From: an uncultured delta proteobacterium
GTDB taxonomy: Bacteria > Myxococcota > Myxococcia > Myxococcales > Anaeromyxobacteraceae
DNA: 64,000 nt
Direction of reading: 5' to 3'
Assembly: GCA_963766715.1 (NCBI GenBank)
Contig: CAVYBH010000001.1
Span: 1 to 64,000, forward strand
Within the stretch, counting starts at the first letter, position 1, and each line of letters opens with the position of its first letter. The notes beneath the pieces are model-generated. The model ran no database searches. It saw only the letters and a list, made by a program, of their open reading frames with translations, and was not told the DNA's origin. Below are positions 63,687 to 64,000 of this stretch, one piece after another. The translations under genes and the position numbers were made by a program.

Positions 63687-64000
63687 GGCCACCCCAGCAG
63701 CATACCGCGGAGATCGAGGAATCGATCCGAGAGCGCGAAGCGGGACAGGTCGGCGAGGTCCGGCCGCTCGAGCGTCGCGGCCGCCTCGGCCACCACGCCC
63801 GGGCGCTGGAGGCGGGCGAGCGCGACGAGGGCTCCGTGCAGGTCGCCGGCGTGGAGAAGCGCCACCCGGCTGGCCGTCCACTCGACGGAGCGGGCGAGCT
63901 CGAGCGGATCGAGCGCGCCCAGCTCGGCGGCGCTCCCCGGCCCGAGCTCGGCCAGGTAGTCGCGCATCGACGGCGGGACCGCGCGATCGAGCGCGTCCAG
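63683..64000 (-). CDS. C-terminus of a larger helical protein (partial)
   Basis: ..VEWTASRVALLHAGDLHGAL...DLSRFALSDRFLDLR resembles C-termini of large myxobacterial TPR proteins. Confidence 0.5.
   Translation of the reverse strand: MDALDRAVPPSMRDYLAELGPGSAAELGALDPLELARSVEWTASRVALLHAGDLHGALVALARLQRPGVVAEAAATLERPDLADLSRFALSDRFLDLRGMLLGWP

Overview
High-GC bacterial chromosomal window, most consistent with an Anaeromyxobacter-like member of Myxococcota. This is inferred from a pomY-pomZ-pomX division-positioning locus plus a Geobacter/Anaeromyxobacter-type Mo-nitrogenase cluster with probable fused nifEN. Single-base indels break many genes, including essential ones such as serS, and are best read as long-read sequencing errors; coordinates below span the reconstructed genes. 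Order: accessory segment (M30-like metallopeptidase lipoprotein, serine hydrolase, membrane diguanylate cyclase with a hemerythrin remnant); tRNA-Arg/Ser/Ser; czcCBA-like RND system; serS; two ECF sigma modules; tandem S9 peptidases; tldDE; CNNM/YciI/MFS; pomYZX; sthA; dapC-D-E; arsR-yceI; radC; vapBC; ssb. Then comes a ~16 kb nitrogen-fixation block (HTH+molybdate-binding regulator | modA - unknown outer-membrane barrel - draG >< draT | nifA - GNAT - nifHDK-EN-X-fdx-B-W), followed by dacB, a Fur-boxed outer-membrane barrel, an orphan DNA methyltransferase, queC and a Cys-rich lipoprotein. The best novelty candidate is the Mo module, in which modA (no modBC) is coupled to an uncharacterised outer-membrane channel and to draG. 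The sigma54/NifA cis-elements of the nif block are readable directly in the DNA.
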